The position numbers and the translations under genes are program-made. Source: an uncultured Oscillospiraceae bacterium (lineage in GTDB: Bacteria; Bacillota; Clostridia; Oscillospirales; Oscillospiraceae). From it: DNA of 64,000 nt. The DNA lies in NCBI GenBank assembly GCA_947632155.1, contig CANROF010000002.1:9892-73891 (forward strand), in the 5' to 3' direction. Positions 33,529 to 42,657 of the stretch are shown here, piece by piece (position 1 is the first letter of the stretch; each line of letters opens with the position of its first letter). A model generated the notes under the pieces. The model was not told the DNA's origin, made no database searches, and saw nothing but the letters and a program-made list of their open reading frames with translations.

Positions 33529-34074
33529 TCAGAATTCGATTCCCTGCCAGTTGGTGACCTGGGCGGAGACGGTGAGCTCCGGGGTGTGGCCGGCGGAGAG
33601 GGTGAAGCCGATGCCGTCCCGGACGGCCCGGACGGTCCCCGGGACGTCTCCCGGCTCCACCGTGAAGCCCAGGGAGGTGAAGACCTCCTCAAACTCCCCG
33701 GCGTCCGAATGGACCGTGAGGCCGTAGACCGTGACGGCGGGGTCTGTGACACTGATGCGCGTCACAAAGCAGCCCCCGTCGGCGTAGTCCGGCCAGGCGG
33801 TGAGGGTGTAGAGGACGCGCTCCGCGTCCTCAAGGTCATATCCGGCCCCGAGAAGCTGCCGGCCGCCCATCATGCCCGGGACCTCCGCGTGCCCGCTCCA
33901 GTCAAAGCCGGAGGCGTCGTCGCATATCCACAGCTCCAGCGGCGTGTCCTCCGGCCGGGGCGGCACGGCGTCCTCCGGCGGGGCATCGCGCCGGAGGGCG
34001 GTGGCCGCGGTGAGTAACCCCACGGCCAAAATCACGGCGCCCAAAAGGAGGGCGACGCGCTTATTCGTTTTCAC
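33529..34074 (-). CDS. hypothetical membrane-anchored/secreted protein
   Basis: GTGA overlap with the upstream gene. N-terminal signal/anchor KRVALLLGAVILAVGLL. I recognise no domain. Confidence 0.6.
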   Translation of the reverse strand: MKTNKRVALLLGAVILAVGLLTAATALRRDAPPEDAVPPRPEDTPLELWICDDASGFDWSGHAEVPGMMGGRQLLGAGYDLEDAERVLYTLTAWPDYADGGCFVTRISVTDPAVTVYGLTVHSDAGEFEEVFTSLGFTVEPGDVPGTVRAVRDGIGFTLSAGHTPELTVSAQVTNWQGIEF

Positions 34075-35354
34075 GCGTCCAGCACCCCCTCCCGCGTCAA
34101 GATCTCCACGACCTTTTCAAGGACCTCACAGTCCTCCAGGCATCCGGAGACGACGCCCGTCTCCCGGTTCCAGGGGTCGTAGAGCGTCAGGGTAAGCTCG
34201 GAGACTTCGTGGCCGCAGGCGTTGGAGGCGCTTTCGGCGTCCAGGTCCTCCACCAGCCCCCGCAGCTCCATCTGCGCCTCGTGGGAGAGAAGCCTTTCCT
34301 CCACGTACTCCTGGCCGCGGAAGAGGAACACCCTGCCGTCCCGGTTGACGGCGTACTCCGCCGTCTCCGCCCCGCCGGTAAGCCTGAGGCTCAGGAGCGT
34401 CCGAATCGTCGGCCCCACCAGGGGCTCCCCGCTCATGGGGTCCCCCATGACGAAGGTGTCCAAGCGCGGGCAGAGCTTATAAAAGATGTTGAACTGAAAG
34501 CGCGTCACGGCATCATAGACGGCCTGCCTCGCCTCCTCCTCGCCCTCCGGGGGCGTCTCGGCGGTGAAGCGGTAGCGGGCCTCGCCGATGACCGTCTCCG
34601 CCGCCAGCAGGATGCGCTCGCCGTAGTCGTACCGGCAGGCCACGACGCCCATGAACCCGGCCAGGTCCGCCTCCCCATCCTCTATGGGCAGGCATCCGGT
34701 GAAGAGGGGCCCGTCCGCGGGGCTCACCGTGACGGTGACGGGGACCGGGTTCCCCTCCTCCCGGAAGGTCAGCACCAGACGGTAGAGGGCGCCGTCGGAG
34801 AAATACTCCGCCGCGCCGGAGACGCTGTTGCCGTAATAAAACCGCTCCCCGTCCCCCTCCTCCAAAAACGCCGTGGGGCAGTCGGCGGACCAGACCAGCT
34901 CCAACTGCCAGGCGGACATGGAGGTCCTGCCCGTCACGTCCTTGAGCCACGCGGGTGGCGCGGCCTCCGCCGTGTCCATCTCGTTATACAAAAGCTCCGG
35001 CGGCGTGGTGGGGTACTCCATGGGCGTGTCCGCGCCGGGGCCCTCCGGCTCCTGGGGTCCCTCCGGCTGCGGCTGGGGGACCTGGACGTCGCCGGGGTTT
35101 TCATGGCTGCCCGGCTTTTCGCCGATTCCCGGGTCCTCCATACCCGGCGAGGGCTCAAAGACCGAGGGGCCCTCCAGCCTCAGCTCCCCGTCCCGGGCCA
35201 TCCGGGGCAGGGCCAGCGCCACGGCGAGGGCCACGCAGGCCGCCGCGGCGGCAAGGCCCAGCCAGGCGCGTTTTTTCCTCACGGCCGGACGCTCCGCGCG
35301 CTCCAGGAGCTCTGTGTCCAGGCCGGAAAATGCCTCAAATAATTTCGTGTTCAT
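34071..35354 (-). CDS. putative anti-sigma factor / membrane protein of the ECF operon
   Basis: ATGA overlap with the sigma gene (ATG 35354). Short cytoplasmic N-terminus (LFEAFSGLDTELLERAE), a single TM, and a large extracytoplasmic domain. Confidence 0.6.
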   Translation of the reverse strand: MNTKLFEAFSGLDTELLERAERPAVRKKRAWLGLAAAAACVALAVALALPRMARDGELRLEGPSVFEPSPGMEDPGIGEKPGSHENPGDVQVPQPQPEGPQEPEGPGADTPMEYPTTPPELLYNEMDTAEAAPPAWLKDVTGRTSMSAWQLELVWSADCPTAFLEEGDGERFYYGNSVSGAAEYFSDGALYRLVLTFREEGNPVPVTVTVSPADGPLFTGCLPIEDGEADLAGFMGVVACRYDYGERILLAAETVIGEARYRFTAETPPEGEEEARQAVYDAVTRFQFNIFYKLCPRLDTFVMGDPMSGEPLVGPTIRTLLSLRLTGGAETAEYAVNRDGRVFLFRGQEYVEERLLSHEAQMELRGLVEDLDAESASNACGHEVSELTLTLYDPWNRETGVVSGCLEDCEVLEKVVEILTREGVLDA

Positions 35355-35902
35355 TCCAATAGACCTTCCTTTCTCAGGTACTCCGCAAGCCTTTTCCGGC
35401 TTCGGCTGAGGCTGACGGAGACGGCGTTGGGGTGCATGGCATAGCGCTTGGCGATGTCCCCCACGCTCTCGCACCAGAAGCACCGGCGGATGAGGATGTC
35501 CCCGTCCCGCCGGGGCAGCGTGCGGACAAAGCGGTTTACATAAGCCGACAGCTCCTCCGCCGTCACCCGCTCCAGAGCCTCGTCCGGGGCCGCGGCGTCA
35601 AGCTCGTCCAAGACGTCCCACGCCTCTTTCCCGCCGCGCTTCTCCGCCCTTGCGCGGCGCAGCCGGTCGATGCAGAGATTTCGGAGGATCCTGGCAAGAT
35701 ACGCCCGGAGATTATCGGGCCGGTCCGGCGGTATGGCGTTCCACGCCCTGAGATACGCGTCGGATACGCACTCCTCCGCGTCCCGGGCGTCCAAAAACCT
35801 CTCGGAAAACGCCGCGAGGAACGCCCCGAAGGCGCGGCGGCACTCCTCAATGGCCCGCTCGTCCCGCCGCCAGTAGAGCTCAACGATTTCCCGGTCCTCC
35901 AT
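35351..35902 (-). CDS. RNA polymerase sigma-70 factor, ECF subfamily
   Basis: Region 2 (DAEECVSDAYLRAW..YLARILRNLCIDRLR) and region 4 (IAKRYAMHPNAVSVSLSRSRKRL). An ECF-type promoter lies upstream. Confidence 0.88.
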   Translation of the reverse strand: MEDREIVELYWRRDERAIEECRRAFGAFLAAFSERFLDARDAEECVSDAYLRAWNAIPPDRPDNLRAYLARILRNLCIDRLRRARAEKRGGKEAWDVLDELDAAAPDEALERVTAEELSAYVNRFVRTLPRRDGDILIRRCFWCESVGDIAKRYAMHPNAVSVSLSRSRKRLAEYLRKEGLLE

Positions 35903-35941
35903 CTTCTCACATCCTCTTTGAAAGGTCCTTTCACTAATTTA

Positions 35942-35966
35942 GACGCAATGAAAGCCCAAATGTTAC
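35942..35966 (-). promoter_or_regulatory. ECF-type (autoregulated) promoter upstream of the ECF sigma gene
   Basis: GTAAC, 16 nt, then CGTC on the minus strand, about 40 nt upstream of the start codon. Confidence 0.5.
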
Positions 35967-36005
35967 AAAAAAATCTCCCCTTTTTTCAAAAAAGGGAGAT
36001 TTCTC
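35967..36005 (-). terminator. terminator downstream of the rnc/radical-SAM operon (after the MITE)
   Basis: Minus strand reads GAAATCTCCCTTTTTT-G-AAAAAAGGGGAGATTT, then TTTTGT. Confidence 0.7.
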
Positions 36006-36104
36006 AAGTCGGTGTTCAACGGATTTTCTTCAAAAAAACATTGTTTTATTGGAACGTGTTCAAAATTGCAGAAACCCTGCCGCTCGCGGAGCCAAAACGG
36101 TCTT

Positions 36105-36265
36105 ATACTAATATCCATTTAAAAGAAGACACCGAGCGGCGAGGATTTTTTGTGTCAGGCAAGGAAGACGCCGCAGGGAATACTTTGTGTATTCCCAAGG
36201 CGGCTGACGCCGCATGGCGCAAAAAAGGCCGTCGCGAATGTCTTATTTTAATTGGATATTAGTAT
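36105..36265 (+). mobile_element. 161-bp foldback MITE, subtype A variant
   Basis: Ends ATACTAATATCCATTTAAAAG / ATTTTAATTGGATATTAGTAT. Its last base is part of the radical-SAM gene stop codon. Confidence 0.85.
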
Positions 36266-37275
36266 TACCCCTCCACCCGCTCCACGGCCATGTCCGGCAT
36301 GTCGCGCTCTGTGAATTTTACGGTTTTCAGGGCGTATTCGCGTTTCAGCGTCTCTGCGTTTGCGCGTTTTTGGCCGGTGGCGGCGGAGGTGCGGCCACGG
36401 TTGACGGCGAAGAGGACGTCCGCTCCCCTGTCGGCCTCCGTCAAAAGGGCGCGCTCCCGGGCGAGGTAGCGCCTTGAGAGGACGAGCTCGCCCAATGCCG
36501 GGTGGTAGGCCCCGCCCGCGGCGTCGCCGCGGGAGAGGTCCTCCGTGGGGTTGAGGCCCAGGCGGACGATGGGGATGCGGGCCTTATCAAAAATCTCGGA
36601 TATTTCGGCGCACAGCTCCACCGCGTCCTCCACGGTGTGTTCCCGGTAGAGGCCCGCCCGCCACATGTCGTACAGCGGCGTGTCCCGGATGATCACCGTG
36701 GGGTACACCCGCACGCCGTCGGGGCGGAGCTCCGTAAATTTCCGGGCGGTGGCCAGGCTCTTTTCCGGCGTGTCCCCGGGAAGGCCCGTCATCATCTGCA
36801 ATATGAGCTCAAAGCCGGCGCCCTTAACCTCCCTGGCGGCCCGCTCCGCGTCCTCCGGCGTGTGGCCCCGCTGGGAGAGGCGCAGTACCGCCCGGTCCAT
36901 GGACTGGACGCCCAGCTCCACGGTGCGCACGCCGTAATACCTGAGCCGCTCTAACGTCTCCCGGTCGATGGCGTCCGGGCGGGTGGAGAGGCGTATGTCC
37001 CGGATGGAGCCGTCCAGTAAAAAGGGCCGGGCGGCGGCCAGAAGCGCCTCCTGCTCCCCCGCCGGGATGGCGGTGAAGCTGCCGCCGTAAAAAGCCAGGG
37101 TCGCCCCTGTCCCCTCCGGGAGACGGGCGCGGCCCTCTGTGATGGCTTTTTTCACGTCCTCGGGCGTCGCCGGGGACTGCTCGCCGGATATGCGCCGCTG
37201 GTTGCAGAATACGCACAGGTGCGGGCACCCGAGATGGGGCACGAAGACGGGGATGATGCTCCGCCGGGGCGTCAT
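36265..37275 (-). CDS. radical SAM protein (ELP3-like family)
   Basis: CxxxCxxC motif CPHLCVFCNQ near the N-terminus. ATGA overlap with rnc. Confidence 0.82.
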   Translation of the reverse strand: MTPRRSIIPVFVPHLGCPHLCVFCNQRRISGEQSPATPEDVKKAITEGRARLPEGTGATLAFYGGSFTAIPAGEQEALLAAARPFLLDGSIRDIRLSTRPDAIDRETLERLRYYGVRTVELGVQSMDRAVLRLSQRGHTPEDAERAAREVKGAGFELILQMMTGLPGDTPEKSLATARKFTELRPDGVRVYPTVIIRDTPLYDMWRAGLYREHTVEDAVELCAEISEIFDKARIPIVRLGLNPTEDLSRGDAAGGAYHPALGELVLSRRYLARERALLTEADRGADVLFAVNRGRTSAATGQKRANAETLKREYALKTVKFTERDMPDMAVERVEG

Positions 37276-37958
37276 TGCAGGGCCTCCAGCGCCCGCAGCG
37301 CCGCGTGCTGCTCGGCGTCCTTTTTGCTGTGGCCCTGGCCCCCGGCCAGGAGCCGGCCGTTGAGCCAGACCTCCACCGTAAAGACCTTCATGTGGTCCGG
37401 GCCCTGGGCGGAGACGTGGCGGTACTCCAGGACCTGTCCGCTCTTGCGCTGGACCAGCTCCTGGAGCTCCGATTTGGCGTCCCGGTCCGGGTGGGCCTCC
37501 CCCGCCTCAAAGACGTCCAAGATGTACCTGCGGACGAATTTCTCCGCCGCCTCCAGCCCGCCGTCCAGGTAGAGGGCGGCGATCACCGCCTCCACCGCAT
37601 CGGCGTTGATGGACGGCCGCTCCCGGCCGCCGGTGGCCAGCTCCCCCCGCCCCAGGCGCAGGTGCTCCCCCAGCCCAAGGGCCTCGGAGACTGCGTGCAG
37701 GGCCCGCTCGCACACCAGATCCGACCGGAGCCGGGTCATGCGCCCCTCCGGCAGGTCCGGAAAGCGGTCATAGAGATACCCCGCCACAAGAAAGCCCAGC
37801 ACCGCGTCGCCCAAAAACTCCAGGCGCTCGTTGCAGGGGAGATTCCGGTCCCGGTTTTCGTTGGACCAGGAGGAGTGGGTCAGGGCGTTCTCCAAAAGTC
37901 CGATATTTTTAAAGGTGTGCCCCAGGCTCTCCTGGAGCGTATCCGTTCTTTCACTCAT
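37272..37958 (-). CDS. rnc: ribonuclease III
   Basis: Signature ERLEFLGDAVLG and a C-terminal dsRBD (GPDHMKVFTVEV..GQGHSKKDAEQHAA). Confidence 0.95.
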   Translation of the reverse strand: MSERTDTLQESLGHTFKNIGLLENALTHSSWSNENRDRNLPCNERLEFLGDAVLGFLVAGYLYDRFPDLPEGRMTRLRSDLVCERALHAVSEALGLGEHLRLGRGELATGGRERPSINADAVEAVIAALYLDGGLEAAEKFVRRYILDVFEAGEAHPDRDAKSELQELVQRKSGQVLEYRHVSAQGPDHMKVFTVEVWLNGRLLAGGQGHSKKDAEQHAALRALEALQ

Positions 37959-38982
37959 TGGCAGTCTCGACCTTCATAAATTCAACGTTGTCCGTGATGC
38001 TCCGGCAGACGCCGCTCTCCACGGTCCTCATGGCCTGGCGCACCGCGGAGCGGATGGCGTAGGCGTTGGAGGAGCCGTGGGCCTTGATGACGGGCTTCTG
38101 GATGCCCAAAAGCGCCGTGCCGCCAACCTCGGTGGAGTCGGTCATCTTTTTTAAGCGCTTGAGGTCCTTTTTGAGGACCAGCGCCGCCATTTTTGAAAGG
38201 AAGCTTTTTTTGAACATCCCCTTCAGCTCCCGCATGAAGAAGATGCCCACGCCCTCGATGCCCTTTAAGAGCACGTTGCCGGCAAAGCCGTCGGACACCA
38301 GCACGTCGCAGACGCCGTCCATCACGTCCCGGGCCTCCACGTTGCCGATGAAGTTGACGCGGCCCTCCTCCCCGGCCTTTTTCAGGAGCCGGTGGGCCTC
38401 CTTATAGAGGGGGCTGCCCTTCGTCTCCTCCGCGCCGATGTTGAGAAGGCCCACCCGGGGATCCTCCACGCCCTTGAAGGCCTTGGCGAAGTAGTAGCCC
38501 ATGTACGCGAATTGCAGCAGATACTCCGGGGTACACTCGGCGTTGGCGCCCACGTCCACCATCAGCGTCCCGCCGTTGGAGGGGGTGGGGATGATGGGGG
38601 CCAGGCACGCCCTGCGGATGCCCCGGATGCGCTTGGCGATGAGGGTTGCGCCGGACAGCAGCGCCCCGGTGGAGCCGGCGGACACCATGGCGTCGGCCTT
38701 GCCCTCGTGAAGGAGCCTGAGGCCCACGGTCATGGAGGAATCGGGCTTCTGGCGGGTGACGGTGGCGGGGTCGTCCTCCATCTCCACCACCTGGGCGGCA
38801 TTGGCGATCTCCACGTTTTTGGGAAGGTCGCTCTCCCCCAGCTCCTCCAAGGAGCGCAGAATGTCCTCCCCGCGGCCCACAAGGATGATGTCAACCTCAA
38901 ATTCCCTGGCGGCCATCAGCGCGCCCTTGACGATCTCCAGCGGGGCGTTGTCCCCGCCCATGGCGTCAACCACGATCTTCAT
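37951..38982 (-). CDS. plsX: phosphate acyltransferase PlsX
   Basis: MKIVVDAMGGDNAP N-terminus; 343 aa. Confidence 0.94.
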   Translation of the reverse strand: MKIVVDAMGGDNAPLEIVKGALMAAREFEVDIILVGRGEDILRSLEELGESDLPKNVEIANAAQVVEMEDDPATVTRQKPDSSMTVGLRLLHEGKADAMVSAGSTGALLSGATLIAKRIRGIRRACLAPIIPTPSNGGTLMVDVGANAECTPEYLLQFAYMGYYFAKAFKGVEDPRVGLLNIGAEETKGSPLYKEAHRLLKKAGEEGRVNFIGNVEARDVMDGVCDVLVSDGFAGNVLLKGIEGVGIFFMRELKGMFKKSFLSKMAALVLKKDLKRLKKMTDSTEVGGTALLGIQKPVIKAHGSSNAYAIRSAVRQAMRTVESGVCRSITDNVEFMKVETANE

Positions 38983-38999
38983 CCAAAGTCCTTCTTTCT

Positions 39000-40298
39000 T
39001 TACAGCCTGTTCTTGATATCCTCGACGATTCCCAGGGAGCGCTCCGATATGGCGGCGTTCTTGTTCCGCTTACCGCGGACGCGGTACCCCAGGGGCGAGA
39101 TGATGCCGAAATTTATGTTCATCGGCTGGAAATCCCCCACGCTCCCGCCGGAGACGTACAGCGCCAGAGCCCCGATGGCCGTCTCCCGGGGGAAATTCAC
39201 CGGCTCCTGCCCCAAAAGCTCTCTGGCGCACTCCATGCCCGCCAGCATCCCGGAGGCGGCGGACTCGATGTAGCCCTCCACGCCGGTCATCTGCCCGGCA
39301 AAGGAGATCCGCGGGTCGCTCCGAAGGCGGTAGTACCGGTCCAGGAGCTTGGGGGAATTTAAATACGTATTGCGGTGCATGACGCCATAGCGCACAAACT
39401 CCGCGTTTTTGAGAGCGGGGATCATGGAAAAGACCCGCCGCTGCTCCGGGAATTTGAGGTGCGTCTGGAAGCCCACCATGTTATAGAGGGTCCCCTCCGC
39501 GTTGTCCATCCGAAGCTGCACCACGGCGTAGGGCTCCCGCCCCGTCCTGGGGTCCCGAAGGCCCACGGGCTTTAGGGGGCCGTAGCGCAGGGTGTCCAGC
39601 CCCCGCCGCGCCATGACCTCCACGGGCATACAGCCCTCAAAGACGCCGGAGTCCTCAAAGCCGTGAAGCTGGGCCTCCTCCGCCCCCTGGAGCTCCGTTA
39701 CAAATGAGATATACTCGTCCTTTTCCATGGGGCAGTTTACATAATCCGCCGTGCCCTTGTCGTAGCGGGAGGCAAACCAGGCGCTCTCCATGTCCACGCT
39801 CTCCAGGGTGACGATGGGCGCCACGGCGTCGAAGAAGTGGAGGTCCGTGTCCGGGCAGAGCCGCCCGATCTCCTCCGCCATAGCCCCCTGAGTGAGGGGC
39901 CCGGTGGCGATGAGGACCCGCCCCTCGGGGATCCTTTCGACCTCCTCACGGACCACGGTGACATTGGGGTGGGCGCAGAGCCTGTCCGTGACGGCCCGGG
40001 CAAAGCCCTCCCGGTCCACGGCCAGGGCTCCCCCCGCCGGGACGCGGTGGGCGTCGGCGCACTCCATGATGAGGGAGCCGAGGCGCCGCATCTCCTCCTT
40101 CAGAAGGCCCACGGCGTTGGTGAGCTCGTCGGAGCGCAGGGAGTTGGAGCAGACAAGCTCCGCGAAGCAGTCGGAGACGTGGGCCGGCGAGCGCTTTTGG
40201 GGCTTCATCTCATAGAGCGTCACCTCAATGCCGCGCCGGGCCAACTGCCACGCGGCCTCGCTCCCGGCAAGGCCCGCGCCGATGACCGTGGCCCTCAT
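39000..40298 (-). CDS. trmFO: methylenetetrahydrofolate--tRNA-(uracil-5-)-methyltransferase TrmFO
   Basis: FAD fold VIGAGLAGSEAAWQLARRG; 432 aa. ATGA overlap with topA. Canonical position after topA. Confidence 0.94.
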   Translation of the reverse strand: MRATVIGAGLAGSEAAWQLARRGIEVTLYEMKPQKRSPAHVSDCFAELVCSNSLRSDELTNAVGLLKEEMRRLGSLIMECADAHRVPAGGALAVDREGFARAVTDRLCAHPNVTVVREEVERIPEGRVLIATGPLTQGAMAEEIGRLCPDTDLHFFDAVAPIVTLESVDMESAWFASRYDKGTADYVNCPMEKDEYISFVTELQGAEEAQLHGFEDSGVFEGCMPVEVMARRGLDTLRYGPLKPVGLRDPRTGREPYAVVQLRMDNAEGTLYNMVGFQTHLKFPEQRRVFSMIPALKNAEFVRYGVMHRNTYLNSPKLLDRYYRLRSDPRISFAGQMTGVEGYIESAASGMLAGMECARELLGQEPVNFPRETAIGALALYVSGGSVGDFQPMNINFGIISPLGYRVRGKRNKNAAISERSLGIVEDIKNRL

Positions 40299-42592
40299 TT
40301 CTTCTCTCCCCCGGGGGCCTTGGCGGAGGTCTTTTTGGCCGCCGGCTTTTTCGTCTCTGTCTTTTTGGCCTCTGTCTTTTGGGCCGCAGGTTTTTTCGTC
40401 GCGGGCTTCTTCGCGGCCGGTTTGGGGGCGGCCTCGGCCTCTGTACCGGCCTGTGGCGTCCCGTCCTGTTCCGCCTTATCCGCGCTCCTGCGGCGGTAGC
40501 CCCGCTGGTCCTCCGGGACGAAGCGGGAGCAGTTTTCGTTGATGCAGAAGGGCTTATTGAAGCCCCTGCCGGATTTTTTGAAGAGGGTGTGGCCGCACTC
40601 CGGGCAGTTGTCCTTCACCGGCACGTCCCAGGTCATAAAGCCGCACTCCCGGCGCTCGCAGGCGTAGTAGGTGTAGCCGTTTTTGCTGGTGCGCTTCAGG
40701 ATCCGCGAGCCGCACTTCGGGCACTTCCCCGGCATCTCCACCACGATGGGCATGGTGAACTTGCACTCGGGATACCCCGGGCACGCTAAAAAACGCCCGA
40801 AGCGTCCGGATTTCACCACCAGCTTCCGCCCGCACTCGGGGCAGATCTCGTTTGTCTCCTCGTCGGGGATGTGGATGCGCTCCCCCGCCAGGGCCTTCTC
40901 GGCGCTCTCCAGGGACGCCTCAAAGCCGCCGTAGAAATCGGAGAGCACCTGCTTCCAGGGCCGCTCGCCCTTCTCAACGCTGTCCAGCGTGGCCTCCATG
41001 TTGGCGGTGAAGCCCGGGGAGACGATGTCGGCAAAGCGCTCCTTCATGAGCTTCGTCACCACCTCGCCAAGAGGCGTGGGGCGCAGGTTTTTCCCGTCCT
41101 TCACCACATATTCCCGGTCTAAAATGGTGGAGACGGTGGGGGCGTAGGTGGAGGGCCGGCCGATGCCCGTCTCCTCCATCTCGCGAATCAGCGTGGCCTC
41201 GGTATAGCGGGCCGGGGGCTGGGTGAATTTTTGCTCTTTAATGAGGTCGATGAGCTCCACCCGCTCACCCTCGCTCAATACCGGCAGCGCCGTCTGGCGC
41301 TGGTCGTCCTCCTCGTCCCGGCCCTCCTCGTAGACGGCGGTGAAGCCGGGGAATTTGACGGCGGAGTACCCGGAGCGGAAGATGTGCCCGGCGGACACCA
41401 GGTCCATGGTGACGCTGTCGTAGACGGCGGCGGCCATCTGGCTGGCGATGAAGCGGTTCCAGATGAGCTTGTAGAGCCTGTACTGCTCCGGCTGGAGGCT
41501 CTGGCGCACCATCTCCGGCGTCAGGGACGGGACGGAGGGGCGTATGGCCTCGTGGGCGTCCTGGGCGGAGTTTTTGTTTTTGAATCTCCTGGGGGACCCG
41601 GCGTAATATTCGTCGCCGTATCTGGCCTTGATAAGCCCGCCGGCGGCGAAAAGGGCCTCGTCCGACAGGCGCAGGGAGTCCGTGCGCATATAGGTGATAA
41701 GGCCCACGGCGCCCTCGCCCTCGATGTCCACGCCCTCGTAAAGCTGCTGGGCCACGGCCATGGTGCGGCGGGGCGTCATGCCCAGCCTCCGGCTGGCGTC
41801 CTGCTGGAGGGTGGAGGTGATGAAGGGCGGCGCCGGGGAGCGCCGGGCGTCCTTGCGCTTGACGCTTTCAACGACAAACGGCGCCCCGCGGACGGCGGAC
41901 TCCACCCGCGCCACATCCCCGGCGTTTTTGAGTTCCGCCTTTTTGCCGTTGAAGCCGTAATATTTGGCCGTGAAGCTCTGGCCGGAGGCGTGACGGAGCT
42001 TGGCCTCCAAATTCCAGTATTCCTCCGGGACGAAGGCCCGGATCTCCTCCTCCCGGTCCACCACGAGCCTGGTGGCCACGGACTGGACGCGGCCGGCGGA
42101 GAGCCCGTAGCGCAGCTTCGTCCACAGAAGCGGCGAGAGCTTGTAGCCCACGATGCGGTCCAGGATCCTCCGGGCCTGCTGGGCGTCCACTAAGTCCTGG
42201 TCGATGGCCCGAGGCTTTCGGATCTCCTCGTTGACCACGCGCTTTGTTATCTCGTTGAACGTGACGCGGTAGACCTCGTCGTCGGGGATGTGCAGGAGCT
42301 CCTTGAGGTGCCAGCTTATGGCCTCCCCCTCCCGGTCCGGGTCGGTGGCCAGATACACGCGCTTTGCGGCCTTGGCCTCCCGCTCCAGCTCCCGGATAGT
42401 CTCCTCCCGGCCCTTCACGGGCTGGTAGTCGGGGATGAAGCCGCCCTCGATGTCCACGCCCATGGTGGACTTGGGCAGGTCCCGCAGGTGTCCCATGGAC
42501 GCCGTCACCCTGTAGTCGGGCCCCAGGTACTTGCCGATGGTCTTGGCCTTCGCCGGGGACTCAACGATAACGAGATTAGTTGCCTTTGCCAT
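40295..42592 (-). CDS. topA: DNA topoisomerase I with Lys/Ala-rich C-terminal tail
   Basis: Toprim LVIVESPAKAKTIGKYLG, C-terminal Cys4 zinc ribbons, then the AAKKPATKKPAAQK... tail. Confidence 0.95.
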   Translation of the reverse strand: MAKATNLVIVESPAKAKTIGKYLGPDYRVTASMGHLRDLPKSTMGVDIEGGFIPDYQPVKGREETIRELEREAKAAKRVYLATDPDREGEAISWHLKELLHIPDDEVYRVTFNEITKRVVNEEIRKPRAIDQDLVDAQQARRILDRIVGYKLSPLLWTKLRYGLSAGRVQSVATRLVVDREEEIRAFVPEEYWNLEAKLRHASGQSFTAKYYGFNGKKAELKNAGDVARVESAVRGAPFVVESVKRKDARRSPAPPFITSTLQQDASRRLGMTPRRTMAVAQQLYEGVDIEGEGAVGLITYMRTDSLRLSDEALFAAGGLIKARYGDEYYAGSPRRFKNKNSAQDAHEAIRPSVPSLTPEMVRQSLQPEQYRLYKLIWNRFIASQMAAAVYDSVTMDLVSAGHIFRSGYSAVKFPGFTAVYEEGRDEEDDQRQTALPVLSEGERVELIDLIKEQKFTQPPARYTEATLIREMEETGIGRPSTYAPTVSTILDREYVVKDGKNLRPTPLGEVVTKLMKERFADIVSPGFTANMEATLDSVEKGERPWKQVLSDFYGGFEASLESAEKALAGERIHIPDEETNEICPECGRKLVVKSGRFGRFLACPGYPECKFTMPIVVEMPGKCPKCGSRILKRTSKNGYTYYACERRECGFMTWDVPVKDNCPECGHTLFKKSGRGFNKPFCINENCSRFVPEDQRGYRRRSADKAEQDGTPQAGTEAEAAPKPAAKKPATKKPAAQKTEAKKTETKKPAAKKTSAKAPGGEKK

Positions 42593-42624
42593 TTTATTAC
42601 CTTACCTTACTAAGAAATAACGCT

Positions 42625-42657
42625 GAAAAAGCGCGGTTATTTTAATTGGATATTAGT
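42625..42657 (+). mobile_element. MITE subtype-A right-end remnant
   Basis: GAAAAAGCGCGGTTATTTTAATTGGATATTAGT. The TTATTTTAATTGGATATTAGT part is identical to the right end of the 36105 copy. Confidence 0.65.

Noticed and set aside
33185-33557. Small ORFs (62-107 aa) across family-C copy 1, and similar ORFs at 48539-48887
   Set aside because: Homologous repeat copies are read in different frames and orientations, so no peptide is conserved. No RBS is present.
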